NCBI GenBank assembly: GCA_964474765.1
Contig: CAYYTW010000001.1
Span: forward strand, 1 to 46,481
DNA: 46,481 nucleotides
Reading direction: 5' to 3'
Source of the DNA: an uncultured Candidatus Saccharibacteria bacterium
Lineage (GTDB): Bacteria > Patescibacteriota > Minisyncoccia > Portnoybacterales > GCA-002795985
Position 1 is the first letter of the stretch, and each line of letters starts with the position of its first letter. Positions 18,208 through 26,711 of the stretch are shown here, one piece after another. Made by a program: the position numbers and the translations under genes. The notes beneath the pieces are model-generated. The model saw only the letters and a list, made by a program, of their open reading frames with translations, did not search any database and had not been told where the DNA came from.

Positions 18208-18912
18208 ATGCAATGCGTATTTTTGGCGGCTGGGAGGGGAACGAGGTTGCGTCCATTAACGGACACTATACCTAAGCCGCTTTTACAAATCGGCGGTAAA
18301 CCGATTTTGGCCCATAATTTTGAGCAGTTGCCCGATGAAATCGACAGCGTCGTTTTGATTGTTGGGTGGCTGGGCGATAAAATTCGCAGTTATTTCGGCG
18401 ATAATTTTTTGGGCCGAGAAATTGTCTATGTTGAACACAAAGAAATGTTGGGGACAGGTTACGCCCTAAGTTTATGCCGCGATATGTTGAGCGATAAATT
18501 TATTGCGATGATGGGAGATAATTTGTATAGCAAGAAAGATGTAGAAAAATGTTTAAGGCATGATTTGTGTCTGTCGGTAAAAGAAGTAGAAAATCCGCAA
18601 GACTTCGCGGTGGTCGAAATAGATGCGAGCGGCGCGCTAAAAGCCGTTTGCGAAAAACCGCATAATTCTGAATCAAATTTAGTTAATACCGCGCTATATG
18701 TTTTAGATAAAAGATTTTTCAATTATCCTTTGGTAAAAATTCCCTCCGGCGAGTATGGATTGCCGCAGACAATCGCGGTTATGGCGCGCGATTGTCGGAT
18801 TGGCATCGAGAGAGCAGAGGCTTGGACAGAGATTAACACGCCGGAAGATCTAAAGAGAGCGGGCTATCAATTCAAAGTAATTCGTAACTTATGGGCCAAT
18901 GAAAATTCTTAA
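18208..18912 (+). CDS. sugar-phosphate nucleotidyltransferase (NTP_transferase family)
   Basis: N-terminal LAAGRGTRLRPLTDTIPKPLL is the G-x-G-T-R-x(n)-PK signature. Sugar specificity cannot be called. Confidence 0.8.
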   Translation: MQCVFLAAGRGTRLRPLTDTIPKPLLQIGGKPILAHNFEQLPDEIDSVVLIVGWLGDKIRSYFGDNFLGREIVYVEHKEMLGTGYALSLCRDMLSDKFIAMMGDNLYSKKDVEKCLRHDLCLSVKEVENPQDFAVVEIDASGALKAVCEKPHNSESNLVNTALYVLDKRFFNYPLVKIPSGEYGLPQTIAVMARDCRIGIERAEAWTEINTPEDLKRAGYQFKVIRNLWANENS

Positions 18913-19543
18913 GATTAATCCCGAAAATTTGAGAGGAAGTCTGGGAGCTATCGGCGAGGCGGTGAATACGATTCGGCGAGGCGGTGTCGTTGTTTATCCT
19001 ACTGATACTGTTTATGGTTTGGGTGCCGATGCTACTAGAGGAGAAGCGGTCCAGCGTGTTTTTAATATCAAAAAAAGACCGGCGATTAAGCCTGTACCTT
19101 TGATTGTTCCAGATTTAGAAATGGTTGGGAAGTTGGCTTTTTTGAACAAAAAGATCGAAGAAACTCTTTTGACAATCTGGCCTGGACCGGTTACAGTTTT
19201 GCTCCAGAAAAAATTTAATCTTCCTGAAAGCGTAACGGCCGGTCTGAAAACAATCGGTCTGCGAATACCGGACCATAAAATAACGCATTTTTTGGTCGTT
19301 CAGTGCAGGGTGCCCCTTACCGCCACTTCGGCTAATATTTCCGGCCAGCCGCCTTCTAACAAGATAGAAGAAGTTTTGTCTCAATTTAAAAATATGCCCT
19401 ATGTTCCTGATTTAGTTTTAGACGCGGGGGATTTGAATTTTTCTGAACCTTCAACTATTTTAGATTTGAGTAATGGCAAGCCGACGGTTACCCGTGTCGG
19501 GCCCGTCAACAGAGAAAAACTATTTGAGATTATCGGCGTCTAG
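18899..19543 (+). CDS. tsaC: L-threonylcarbamoyladenylate synthase (YrdC/TsaC/Sua5 family)
   Basis: VVYPTDTVYGLGADA and LTATSANISG motifs. 214-aa single-domain form. Confidence 0.85.
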   Translation: MKILKINPENLRGSLGAIGEAVNTIRRGGVVVYPTDTVYGLGADATRGEAVQRVFNIKKRPAIKPVPLIVPDLEMVGKLAFLNKKIEETLLTIWPGPVTVLLQKKFNLPESVTAGLKTIGLRIPDHKITHFLVVQCRVPLTATSANISGQPPSNKIEEVLSQFKNMPYVPDLVLDAGDLNFSEPSTILDLSNGKPTVTRVGPVNREKLFEIIGV

Positions 19544-19560
19544 CCACAGTTAAGAGAGAA

Positions 19561-20412
19561 TTGATTACAATGGAAATAATTCTGCCTGACAAAAAATATT
19601 TGGGGCCGTGTTTTGGAATCAGGAGGGCGGTTGAAAAATGTTTATCTCTTAAAAAGGACAATTTTGTGATTTACGGCCAACTTGCTCATAGTGCCGCGCT
19701 TTGTATAGAATTAGAGCGGAGTGGATTGGAAATCGTTGGGGGTATTGAGGATATTAAGGGGGGGAAAGTTGTCATTCGGCCCCATGGGATTCTCAAAAAC
19801 GATCTAGACTTTTTGAGAAAGAGCGGCGTTTTTTTAGTTGATTTGACTTGTCCGTTTGTTAAGAAGCTTTTGGATAAAGCAGTGGAATTCGAAAAAAATG
19901 GTTATCGGGTGGTTATTATCGGCGATAAGAATCACTCGGAAATAAAGAATGTGTGCAGTTTTTTGCAAAAACCGTTAGTCATCGACAGAAAGGATGAGGT
20001 GCGCGAAATTGATCCTGATAAAAAAATAGCCGTTTTGACGCAGACCACCCAGACTTTAAAAAAAATCAATGAATTGCTTCCCTTGATAAAACGCCGGCGC
20101 AAAGAGATTGTTTTTATTTCTACTCGTTGCGATGAAACTGACGAGCGGCAAAAGGAAGCGAAAAAAATATCGGAAAAAGCGGATTTGGTTTTGGTGGTTG
20201 GCGATAAGATGTCGAAAAATGCCAATAATTTGGTGAAAGTGGCGCGGGAAAAAACTCGCGCCAAACTCGTTCAAAATGCCAGGGGGCTTGCAAAAATCCT
20301 TAAAAATATGCATTATATATCCAATCTGAAAGTCGGCGTCATTGCCAGCGCTTCGACGCCGGCATTCGTGGTCAGCGACATAATTAAATGCCTCAAAGAA
20401 AAAAAATTTTAA
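19561..20412 (+). CDS. ispH: 4-hydroxy-3-methylbut-2-enyl diphosphate reductase
   Basis: GPCFGIRRAV, RPHG, TCPFVKK, GDKNHSE, TQTTQ and SKNANNL blocks, including the three Cys regions of LytB/IspH. Confidence 0.87.
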   Translation: MITMEIILPDKKYLGPCFGIRRAVEKCLSLKKDNFVIYGQLAHSAALCIELERSGLEIVGGIEDIKGGKVVIRPHGILKNDLDFLRKSGVFLVDLTCPFVKKLLDKAVEFEKNGYRVVIIGDKNHSEIKNVCSFLQKPLVIDRKDEVREIDPDKKIAVLTQTTQTLKKINELLPLIKRRRKEIVFISTRCDETDERQKEAKKISEKADLVLVVGDKMSKNANNLVKVAREKTRAKLVQNARGLAKILKNMHYISNLKVGVIASASTPAFVVSDIIKCLKEKKF

Positions 20413-21452
20413 TTTTGGGTTCAACAGGTAATTTGGGCAGGCAGAGTTTAGATATTTTGAAAAGCTTGCCGGAATATCGCGTGGTTGGTTTAACGACAAA
20501 TGATAATGTTTCTGAACTTCAAAGACAGGTAAAAATTTTTAAACCGGATTTTGTAGTTGTTGCCAATCAGGAAGCAGGTTCCCAGCTAAAGGCGCGCGAA
20601 TGCTGTGTTTACATCGGCAAAGAATGGCTGAGTAAAGTAATAGAAAGAGAAAAAATCGATTGCGTTTTTAACGCTCTGTCCGGGGTTGTCGGTATTGAGC
20701 CGACCATGGCTGCCATTCGCGCCAAAAAACGAATCTTGATGGCCAATAAAGAAAGTTTGGTCGCAGCCGGAGAAATTATAATGAAGGAAGCGAAAAGGCG
20801 CAGCATTGAGATTCTGCCAGTTGATTCGGAACATTCGGCGATCTTTCAGTGTTTGGTCGGCGAGAAAATCGAAGAAGTCGATAAAATTATTCTAACCTGT
20901 TCCGGCGGGTATCGCGGTCGCAAAAAAAATCCAAGGATTAACGATCTTCTGCAAAAATCAAAATGGAAAATGGGCGAGAAGATTACTGTTGATAGTGCCA
21001 CCCTGATGAATAAGGGTTTAGAGGTCATTGAGGCGCAGGTTTTGTTCAATTTGCCGGCGGAAAAGATTGAAGTAGTCATTCACCCAGAAGCGATTGTTCA
21101 TTCGATGGTTAGATTTAAAGACGGCAGCATCAAGGCGCAATTGGGCCCGACAGATATGAGATTGCCAATTTTGTACGCGCTTACTTATCCGGAAAGAAAA
21201 AGCGTGTCGGGGAAGGAGTTATCGCTTGATAATTTGGTTTTGAATTTCAGAAAGCCGAACATTAAAAAGTTTCCCTGCCTGGCTTTGGCTTACCAAGCGG
21301 CTAAAATCGGGGGAACGATGCCCGCGGCTTTAGTGGCCGCTGACGAAATAGCGGTTGGATATTATTTAAAAAACAAAATCAGCTTTCGGCAGATACCAGA
21401 AATAATAAAAAAGATAATTGACAATGAGATGATTTCAAAACTGTCATTCTGA
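20388..21452 (+). CDS. dxr: 1-deoxy-D-xylulose 5-phosphate reductoisomerase
   Basis: ILGSTGNLGRQSLDI (NADPH-binding motif), ANKESLV, DSEHSAIFQC and NKGLEVIEA blocks. It overlaps the ispH 3-prime end by 25 nt. Confidence 0.9.
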   Translation: MPQRKKILILGSTGNLGRQSLDILKSLPEYRVVGLTTNDNVSELQRQVKIFKPDFVVVANQEAGSQLKARECCVYIGKEWLSKVIEREKIDCVFNALSGVVGIEPTMAAIRAKKRILMANKESLVAAGEIIMKEAKRRSIEILPVDSEHSAIFQCLVGEKIEEVDKIILTCSGGYRGRKKNPRINDLLQKSKWKMGEKITVDSATLMNKGLEVIEAQVLFNLPAEKIEVVIHPEAIVHSMVRFKDGSIKAQLGPTDMRLPILYALTYPERKSVSGKELSLDNLVLNFRKPNIKKFPCLALAYQAAKIGGTMPAALVAADEIAVGYYLKNKISFRQIPEIIKKIIDNEMISKLSF

Positions 21453-21568
21453 TGGTGAAGCCCGAAGAATCTCTCAACTTGTTTGAGAAAAGGAGCTTAA
21501 TTTCTTGCATTCGCAAGAGATTCTTCACTTCGTTCAGAATGACAAAATAGGGTTTTGTAACCATCTCA
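21443..21568. repeat. palindromic repeat plus solo MITE end overlapping the dxr stop codon
   Basis: gtcattctga (21443-21452) is inverted at tcagaatgac (21534-21543). This is followed by gttttgtaaccatctca (21552-21568), the right terminal repeat of the 130-bp MITE. Confidence 0.7.
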
Positions 21569-21703
21569 ATCACCAAATTATTAAGCAGCCGAATCTCGAA
21601 GAAATTTTAGCGGCTATTGAGAGAACGAAAGAAAAGACGAAGGAATTAATAGAAAAAAGCACTTTTAAAAACGAATAAAATAAATTCTTTTTGGAGGTGG
21701 GAT

Positions 21704-23206
21704 GTGGCGAAGATTATTAATGAACCGTCGAGGACATTCGGGGAATATTTGTTTGATCCGGATCGAAAAGAGAAACATCACCAGCCGGAAAAAATTAGTC
21801 TGAAGACTCCTTTAGTGAAATACCAAAAGGGCGAAGAGCCGTCTTTGTTTTTGAATATCCCCTTGGTGTCAGCTTGTATGCAGGCGGTCTCTGGACCGGA
21901 GCTGGCGATTGCGCTGGCGCGTTGCGGGGGAATATCTTTTATTTTTCAGTCCCAGCCGATAGAGAATCAGGTTGTGATGATTAGGCGGGTCAAGGGTTCT
22001 AAGGCTGGGTTTGTGGTTTCGACGTCGAATCTTGGGCCGGAGAATATCATCGCAGACGTTCTTGAGCTTCATGAGAAAACTGGACACTCGACTATTCCTA
22101 TTACTCATAATGGGACGGGGATTGGCCGCTTGCTGGGAATTCTCACGGAGCATGATTGGAAATTTGAAGAAAATCGCGGCCGACTTGTTTCTGAAGTAAT
22201 GACTCAAATAGAAGATGTCATTTTTGGTCCGGCTGGCATTTCTTTACACGGAGCCAACTCGCTTCTTAAAAAGCACAAAAAAAGTTGTCTGCCCATTATA
22301 GATAATGAAGGCAACCTTCAGTCTTTGGTTTTCTGGAAGGATTTGATAAATCATTTGAATAACCCCGACGAATTATTAGACGCCGAAAAGCGTTTGGTGG
22401 TCGGCGCCGGCATCAATACTTGGGATTATAAAGAGAGGGTGCCAGCGCTGGTTGAGGCGGGTGCCGATATTTTTTGTGTTGATTCTGCCAATGGATTCAC
22501 CGATTGGCAAAGAGAAACCATTCGGTGGATCAAAGCTAATTTCAGAGAGGTGAAGGTCGGCGGCGGCAATGTGGTCAGCGGCCGAGGATTTAGGTTTTTG
22601 GTGGAGACCGGAGCTGATTTTGTAAAAGTTGGAATCGGCGGCGGGTCAATTTGTATAACCCGCGAACAGAAGGGCATTGGCAAGGGTCAGGCAACGGCAG
22701 TTATAGGGGTGACCAAGGCAAGGGATAAATTTTTTCGCGAAAAAGGAATTTATATCCCCGTTTGTTCCGATGGTGCCATCATTTATCCCGTTCATATGGC
22801 TATGGCTTTAGCTCTTGGCGCCGATTTCGTGATGATGGGCGGCTGGTTTGCCCGTTTCCGTGAGGCGCCGGGTCGTCTGATTATGGATGGCGGCAATTAT
22901 TACAAGGAATATTGGGGCGAGGCGACCAATAAAGCGCGCAACTTCGCCCGTTACGATGTCGTGCCGGATAAAAAAGGACTGTTTATTTTTGAGGAAGGCG
23001 TTGAGGGAAGGGTGCCTTTTGCTGGAGACTTGAAAGACGGCGTCGGAGATGCGTTGGCTAAAATTAAAGCCACAATGTGTGATTGCGGCGCTCTCGATTT
23101 GGAAGAATTCCGAGACGGGGCTGTGATTCAGTTGGCTTCTCCGTTGGCAATTGCCGAAGGAGGGGCAAACGTTATTGTGAAGAAAAATATCTTTTCTGGA
23201 AAATAA
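21704..23206 (+). CDS. guaB: IMP dehydrogenase family protein (with CBS pair)
   Basis: Catalytic-loop GIGGGSICITREQKGIG, a TIM-barrel length of 500 aa and an inserted CBS-like region. GTG start after ggaggtggg. Confidence 0.82.
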   Translation: MAKIINEPSRTFGEYLFDPDRKEKHHQPEKISLKTPLVKYQKGEEPSLFLNIPLVSACMQAVSGPELAIALARCGGISFIFQSQPIENQVVMIRRVKGSKAGFVVSTSNLGPENIIADVLELHEKTGHSTIPITHNGTGIGRLLGILTEHDWKFEENRGRLVSEVMTQIEDVIFGPAGISLHGANSLLKKHKKSCLPIIDNEGNLQSLVFWKDLINHLNNPDELLDAEKRLVVGAGINTWDYKERVPALVEAGADIFCVDSANGFTDWQRETIRWIKANFREVKVGGGNVVSGRGFRFLVETGADFVKVGIGGGSICITREQKGIGKGQATAVIGVTKARDKFFREKGIYIPVCSDGAIIYPVHMAMALALGADFVMMGGWFARFREAPGRLIMDGGNYYKEYWGEATNKARNFARYDVVPDKKGLFIFEEGVEGRVPFAGDLKDGVGDALAKIKATMCDCGALDLEEFRDGAVIQLASPLAIAEGGANVIVKKNIFSGK

Positions 23207-23233
23207 AAATATAAAAGAGAAATAAAAAAATCG

Positions 23234-23262
23234 CCCCCGCAGTATTGCGGGAGCATTTTTAT
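23234..23262. terminator. putative bidirectional terminator between convergent genes
   Basis: cccgc-agtatt-gcggg hairpin flanked by A-run/T-run (aaaaaaatcg...gcatttttattttt). Confidence 0.5.
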
Positions 23263-23274
23263 TTTTAGCTTTTT

Positions 23275-24450
23275 TTATTCTTCATTTCTTGTTCTTTCCA
23301 TCGTCGCGAAATATTCGCGCAGGCAGTTGCCGCAGTGGCGGCAGGCGGTGGTTCCCATCTCGCCTTCGATTTTGCCACAGGAGTAGACCCACCTGTTGTA
23401 TTTAAATCTAAAGATGGACATGATTTCTACCCAGGCGGCCGTGGTGATGGCACAATAAGAATTTAGCGTTCTTTTGCGTAGGATATAATTTTTTCGGTGT
23501 CGTTTCGGTATTTCTTTTTCGGAATAATAAGCCATAAAGGTTAGGACAATCGGCACTTCGCGCGCGCAATAATGCGTGACAACATCTTTGACCAACTCTA
23601 TGTTCCAGGCGTCAACCCGGACCCGGACGAACATCAGATTTTTCGGAATGGGGTCGAGCAAATACGCTTTCGTGTCAGTCATTTGGGCCGGGTTAATAGT
23701 TAGGACAACTGGGGCATCAAAATTTTCAAGGTCTTTCGGGATGGAGGTATTGTAGAACTTTTTTTTGTAGGGTTTCGCGCTTTCGATAACCAATTCCCGG
23801 CGGTTATTGCTGTCATTTCCGTCATTAACGCGGACGATGTATTCGTTTTCTTCGACCCAGTCCGGGTCCGGCATGTTGGGAAGATTTTCGTCCAGCGGTT
23901 CCAGATATGAACGGCCGGATTGGAAGAAGCAGTCTTTGCATTTCATCGGGCACCGCCCGGTTTGCGGGATACAGCAGACAATGCCGCTGCCCTTGGTCTT
24001 CGGATTTTCGATATAAGGCGGCCAAAGGTTTTCCTGAAGCTTCGTAAGAATGAAACCGATGCCTCCGCTGTCATAGAGAATGTCTGCGTATTCCGCGGAA
24101 AGGCCAGCAATGGACCTAGTGTCAATGCAATAACAGCCGTGCTCCAGAAGTTGTGTCGGAGTCCGAGGCGCGAGGCCCTCCGCCTCTTTACGGGTGAAGT
24201 AGGCGTTGTGGATGGACTCTTTCGTCGGCTCGATCACTGGTCCCGATCTAAAAGGATGCGATTCGGGCCCGCCGCGCTTGCAGGGTTCTGTTTTAATGAC
24301 AAGCGCAAATTCGTAATCGGGATATTCGTTTATCAGAATTTCGCGCAACGGTTCGCCATTTTTTACCCTGGCCCATATTTCCATTCTTTGTTGGCGGCTA
24401 AGTTCTTTCATCAATTTCTCCTTTTTTCGCTTCGGAAATCTATTTGTCAA
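23275..24450 (-). CDS. radical-SAM-like protein, function unknown
   Basis: CPMKCKDC is a CX3CX2C motif. A second Cys cluster lies at the C-terminus (SCGK...TACRHCGNC). No subfamily recognised. Confidence 0.65.
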   Translation of the reverse strand: MTNRFPKRKKEKLMKELSRQQRMEIWARVKNGEPLREILINEYPDYEFALVIKTEPCKRGGPESHPFRSGPVIEPTKESIHNAYFTRKEAEGLAPRTPTQLLEHGCYCIDTRSIAGLSAEYADILYDSGGIGFILTKLQENLWPPYIENPKTKGSGIVCCIPQTGRCPMKCKDCFFQSGRSYLEPLDENLPNMPDPDWVEENEYIVRVNDGNDSNNRRELVIESAKPYKKKFYNTSIPKDLENFDAPVVLTINPAQMTDTKAYLLDPIPKNLMFVRVRVDAWNIELVKDVVTHYCAREVPIVLTFMAYYSEKEIPKRHRKNYILRKRTLNSYCAITTAAWVEIMSIFRFKYNRWVYSCGKIEGEMGTTACRHCGNCLREYFATMERTRNEE

Positions 24451-24517
24451 ATAACTCCTTAATTCTTTCTTGATTTTAACACTTTTAGCGTGTCTGGGTC
24501 AATAGGCATGGGAGGTT

Positions 24518-25984
24518 TTATACAAGGGATTTATAAGTCTTTTTGATCGGCCGGCAGATAAAAATGTCGCCGTCAAAATTTTCCGGACCAAAGCTTTCTA
24601 TGGTTTTTGTCGCCTTATCATAAGAATTAAAGCCGGCAAAAATGGTTGGGCCGCTGCCGGAGAGGCCGCACTCGCCGGAATATTTGGAAAAGTGACTGCA
24701 GATTTTTTTAGTAGCAGGACAAGCTTTTTGTATTAGTTCAGAAAATTGTTTTCCCGTTCGATCATACAGTTGGTACATATAGGCGGTAGAAATTCGTTGA
24801 TGCGGCCGCATCAAAACATAGAACCTGGAAACTTTTTGCTTAATGGGTTTTATCTTTTCCCCCACCCCTTCTATTAAAGCTGTGCCATAATTAGCAACAA
24901 AAAATGGCACATCGCAACCGATGGATAGGCCAATTTTCATCAATTCTTTTTTGGTTAATTTCAGGTTGTATAATTTATTTAAGCCGATTAAGGCAGCAGC
25001 CGCGTCAGAGGAGCCGCCGCCAAGGCCAGCGCTGATGGGAATATTTTTGGTTAAGCTGATTGTGCAGGGTAGCGCTTTTTGAACATATTCTTCTAATGCC
25101 TTTTTGGCTTTGGTAATTAAATTTTTTTCAGAAGGGCAGACAATAGCACCGGTCAAATTATATTCCCTATCTTTTTTAGCGATATAAATTACATCATAAA
25201 GATTAATAGCTTGAAATATCGAGCGGATGGCGTGATATCCATTAGACAGCTTGTCTATAATTTCGAAAGAAAGGTTGATTTTAGCGCAGGCCTTGATTTC
25301 AATCTGACGCGGAAAGCTTCCCCCCAATAAACGCTTGCCAATATTTATATCAACAGGAGTGGTGATTTTTATGTTTTCATATAAGCCGGGAACAATCTTG
25401 ATTTTGCGTCCCATTCTTTCGACCAAAGACGCGTCGTCGGTGCCATAAAAATTATTTTTCCGCGCAGATTCGTGCGCCCCTTTTAAAATTTCATATCGAA
25501 ACGCCTGAGGTGTTTGCGCAAGCCAAAGATTGTTTCGGGGCAGGGTTTTTTGAACAAATTTGCTCCCCTGCTTAACGGTGTCGCGTGGCGGGATAGCCGG
25601 GACAGCCGCCCCAAACTTTTGAGCATTTTCAAGACAATTTTCGATTAATTGTTCGGTTACCGCTGGTCTTGCCGCGTCATGAATCAAAACATAATCAGCC
25701 TCTTCTATTTTTTGGAGCGCATTATAAACAGAATCTTGCCGTGTTTTTCCGCCAGTAATTATTTTTTTGACCTTTTTAAATTGGCATTTATTGATGAGGC
25801 GTCTTGCAGAATTAATTCTATTTTTTCTAACCACTAAAATAATTTCCTTGATTGAGCCGCATTTTTCAAAAGGAGAGATTGCATGAACCAAAAGCGTCTC
25901 TCTATTAATTATCAGGAAGGCCTTATCCTTTAGGCCGATTCTTTTTCCTTTTCCAGCCCCAACAATTATCGCAACATTGTTCAT
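24518..25984 (-). CDS. ispDE: fused 2-C-methyl-D-erythritol 4-phosphate cytidylyltransferase / 4-diphosphocytidyl-2-C-methyl-D-erythritol kinase (IspD-IspE)
   Basis: The N-terminal ~225 aa carry IspD motifs (VAIIVGAGKGKR, HDAARP, QTPQAF). The C-terminal ~260 aa carry IspE/GHMP motifs (KINLSFEI, PISAGLGGGSSDAAAAL). Confidence 0.85.
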   Translation of the reverse strand: MNNVAIIVGAGKGKRIGLKDKAFLIINRETLLVHAISPFEKCGSIKEIILVVRKNRINSARRLINKCQFKKVKKIITGGKTRQDSVYNALQKIEEADYVLIHDAARPAVTEQLIENCLENAQKFGAAVPAIPPRDTVKQGSKFVQKTLPRNNLWLAQTPQAFRYEILKGAHESARKNNFYGTDDASLVERMGRKIKIVPGLYENIKITTPVDINIGKRLLGGSFPRQIEIKACAKINLSFEIIDKLSNGYHAIRSIFQAINLYDVIYIAKKDREYNLTGAIVCPSEKNLITKAKKALEEYVQKALPCTISLTKNIPISAGLGGGSSDAAAALIGLNKLYNLKLTKKELMKIGLSIGCDVPFFVANYGTALIEGVGEKIKPIKQKVSRFYVLMRPHQRISTAYMYQLYDRTGKQFSELIQKACPATKKICSHFSKYSGECGLSGSGPTIFAGFNSYDKATKTIESFGPENFDGDIFICRPIKKTYKSLV

Positions 25985-26169
25985 TTATTTGATGCCGCGA
26001 GAGGTATTCTTCGCTTCGACATATTATGTCGGAGTTACGGAATACTAAGAGAGGTTGCCCCTCGACTTCGCTCGGGATAAAAACTCTCACGATGTTGCCC
26101 GAGGTGGGAGTTGAACCCACACTAACTAAGCCCGCACGATTTTGCCTGTCCGCTTCGCCTTGAGTTTTC

Positions 26170-26256
26170 TGGTGCCGCTGGTCGGAGTCGAACCGACACG
26201 GGATTGCTCCCACAGCATTTTGAGTGCTGCGTGTATACCAATTTCACCACAGCGGC
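26170..26256 (-). tRNA. tRNA-Leu (anticodon CAA), CCA encoded
   Basis: Manual fold: acceptor GCCGCUG/CAGCGGC, anticodon stem CAGCA/UGCUG with loop CUCAAAA, long variable arm UGGGAGCAAUCCCGU, T arm GUCGG-UUCGACU-CCGAC, 3-prime ACCA. Confidence 0.85.
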
Positions 26257-26507
26257 ATCCTCAATGAGCATCCTACTCATTATAGTTTAGGGAGATAGAT
26301 TTTAGTTGTCAAATGAACGAAGAAAGTATCTGTCATTTGCTGGATTGGGCTCATGGCCGAAGTCTTTTTTACAAAAGAGGGAGACATCCAAAGAATGGTT
26401 CTCGCGGTGCATCCAGATTTTTGTTTTACTTTTCTGTTTCGTCCATTCAAAATTTACCATTTATTCACTATTTTGAACGATCGTCTAAAATAGTGAATAT
26501 AAAGAAG

Positions 26508-26659
26508 ACGCGTGATGTGAAATTCTTTAGCTCAACAAACCAATTTGTCATTGCGAGGAGCGAATGGAATGAGCGACGAAGCAATCTCTGAGATTGCTTC
26601 GTCGCTCCGCTTACGCTTCGTTTCTCGCAATGACACTTTGATAATTTCACATCACGCGT
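26508..26659. mobile_element. 152-bp nested-palindrome MITE with 17-bp perfect terminal inverted repeats and 7-bp direct flanking repeat
   Basis: TIR acgcgtgatgtgaaatt (26508-26524) pairs with aatttcacatcacgcgt (26643-26659). Inner inverted repeats are gtcattgcgag/ctcgcaatgac and agcgacgaagcaatc/gattgcttcgtcgct. It is flanked by aaagaag on both sides (26501-26507, 26660-26666). Confidence 0.75.
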
Positions 26660-26711
26660 AAAGAAGATATAAAATGAACATATAAAATACGTATAAAATA
26701 AGAAAAGATAG

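Noticed and set aside
21379-21576. 65-aa minus-strand ORF after dxr.
   Set aside because: It is composed almost entirely of the palindromic repeat and MITE end and overlaps the dxr 3-prime end.
26313-26591. 92-aa ORF between tRNA-Leu and rel.
   Set aside because: There is no RBS, and its C-terminal third is encoded by the palindromic MITE (26508-26659). It is most likely non-coding intergenic DNA.
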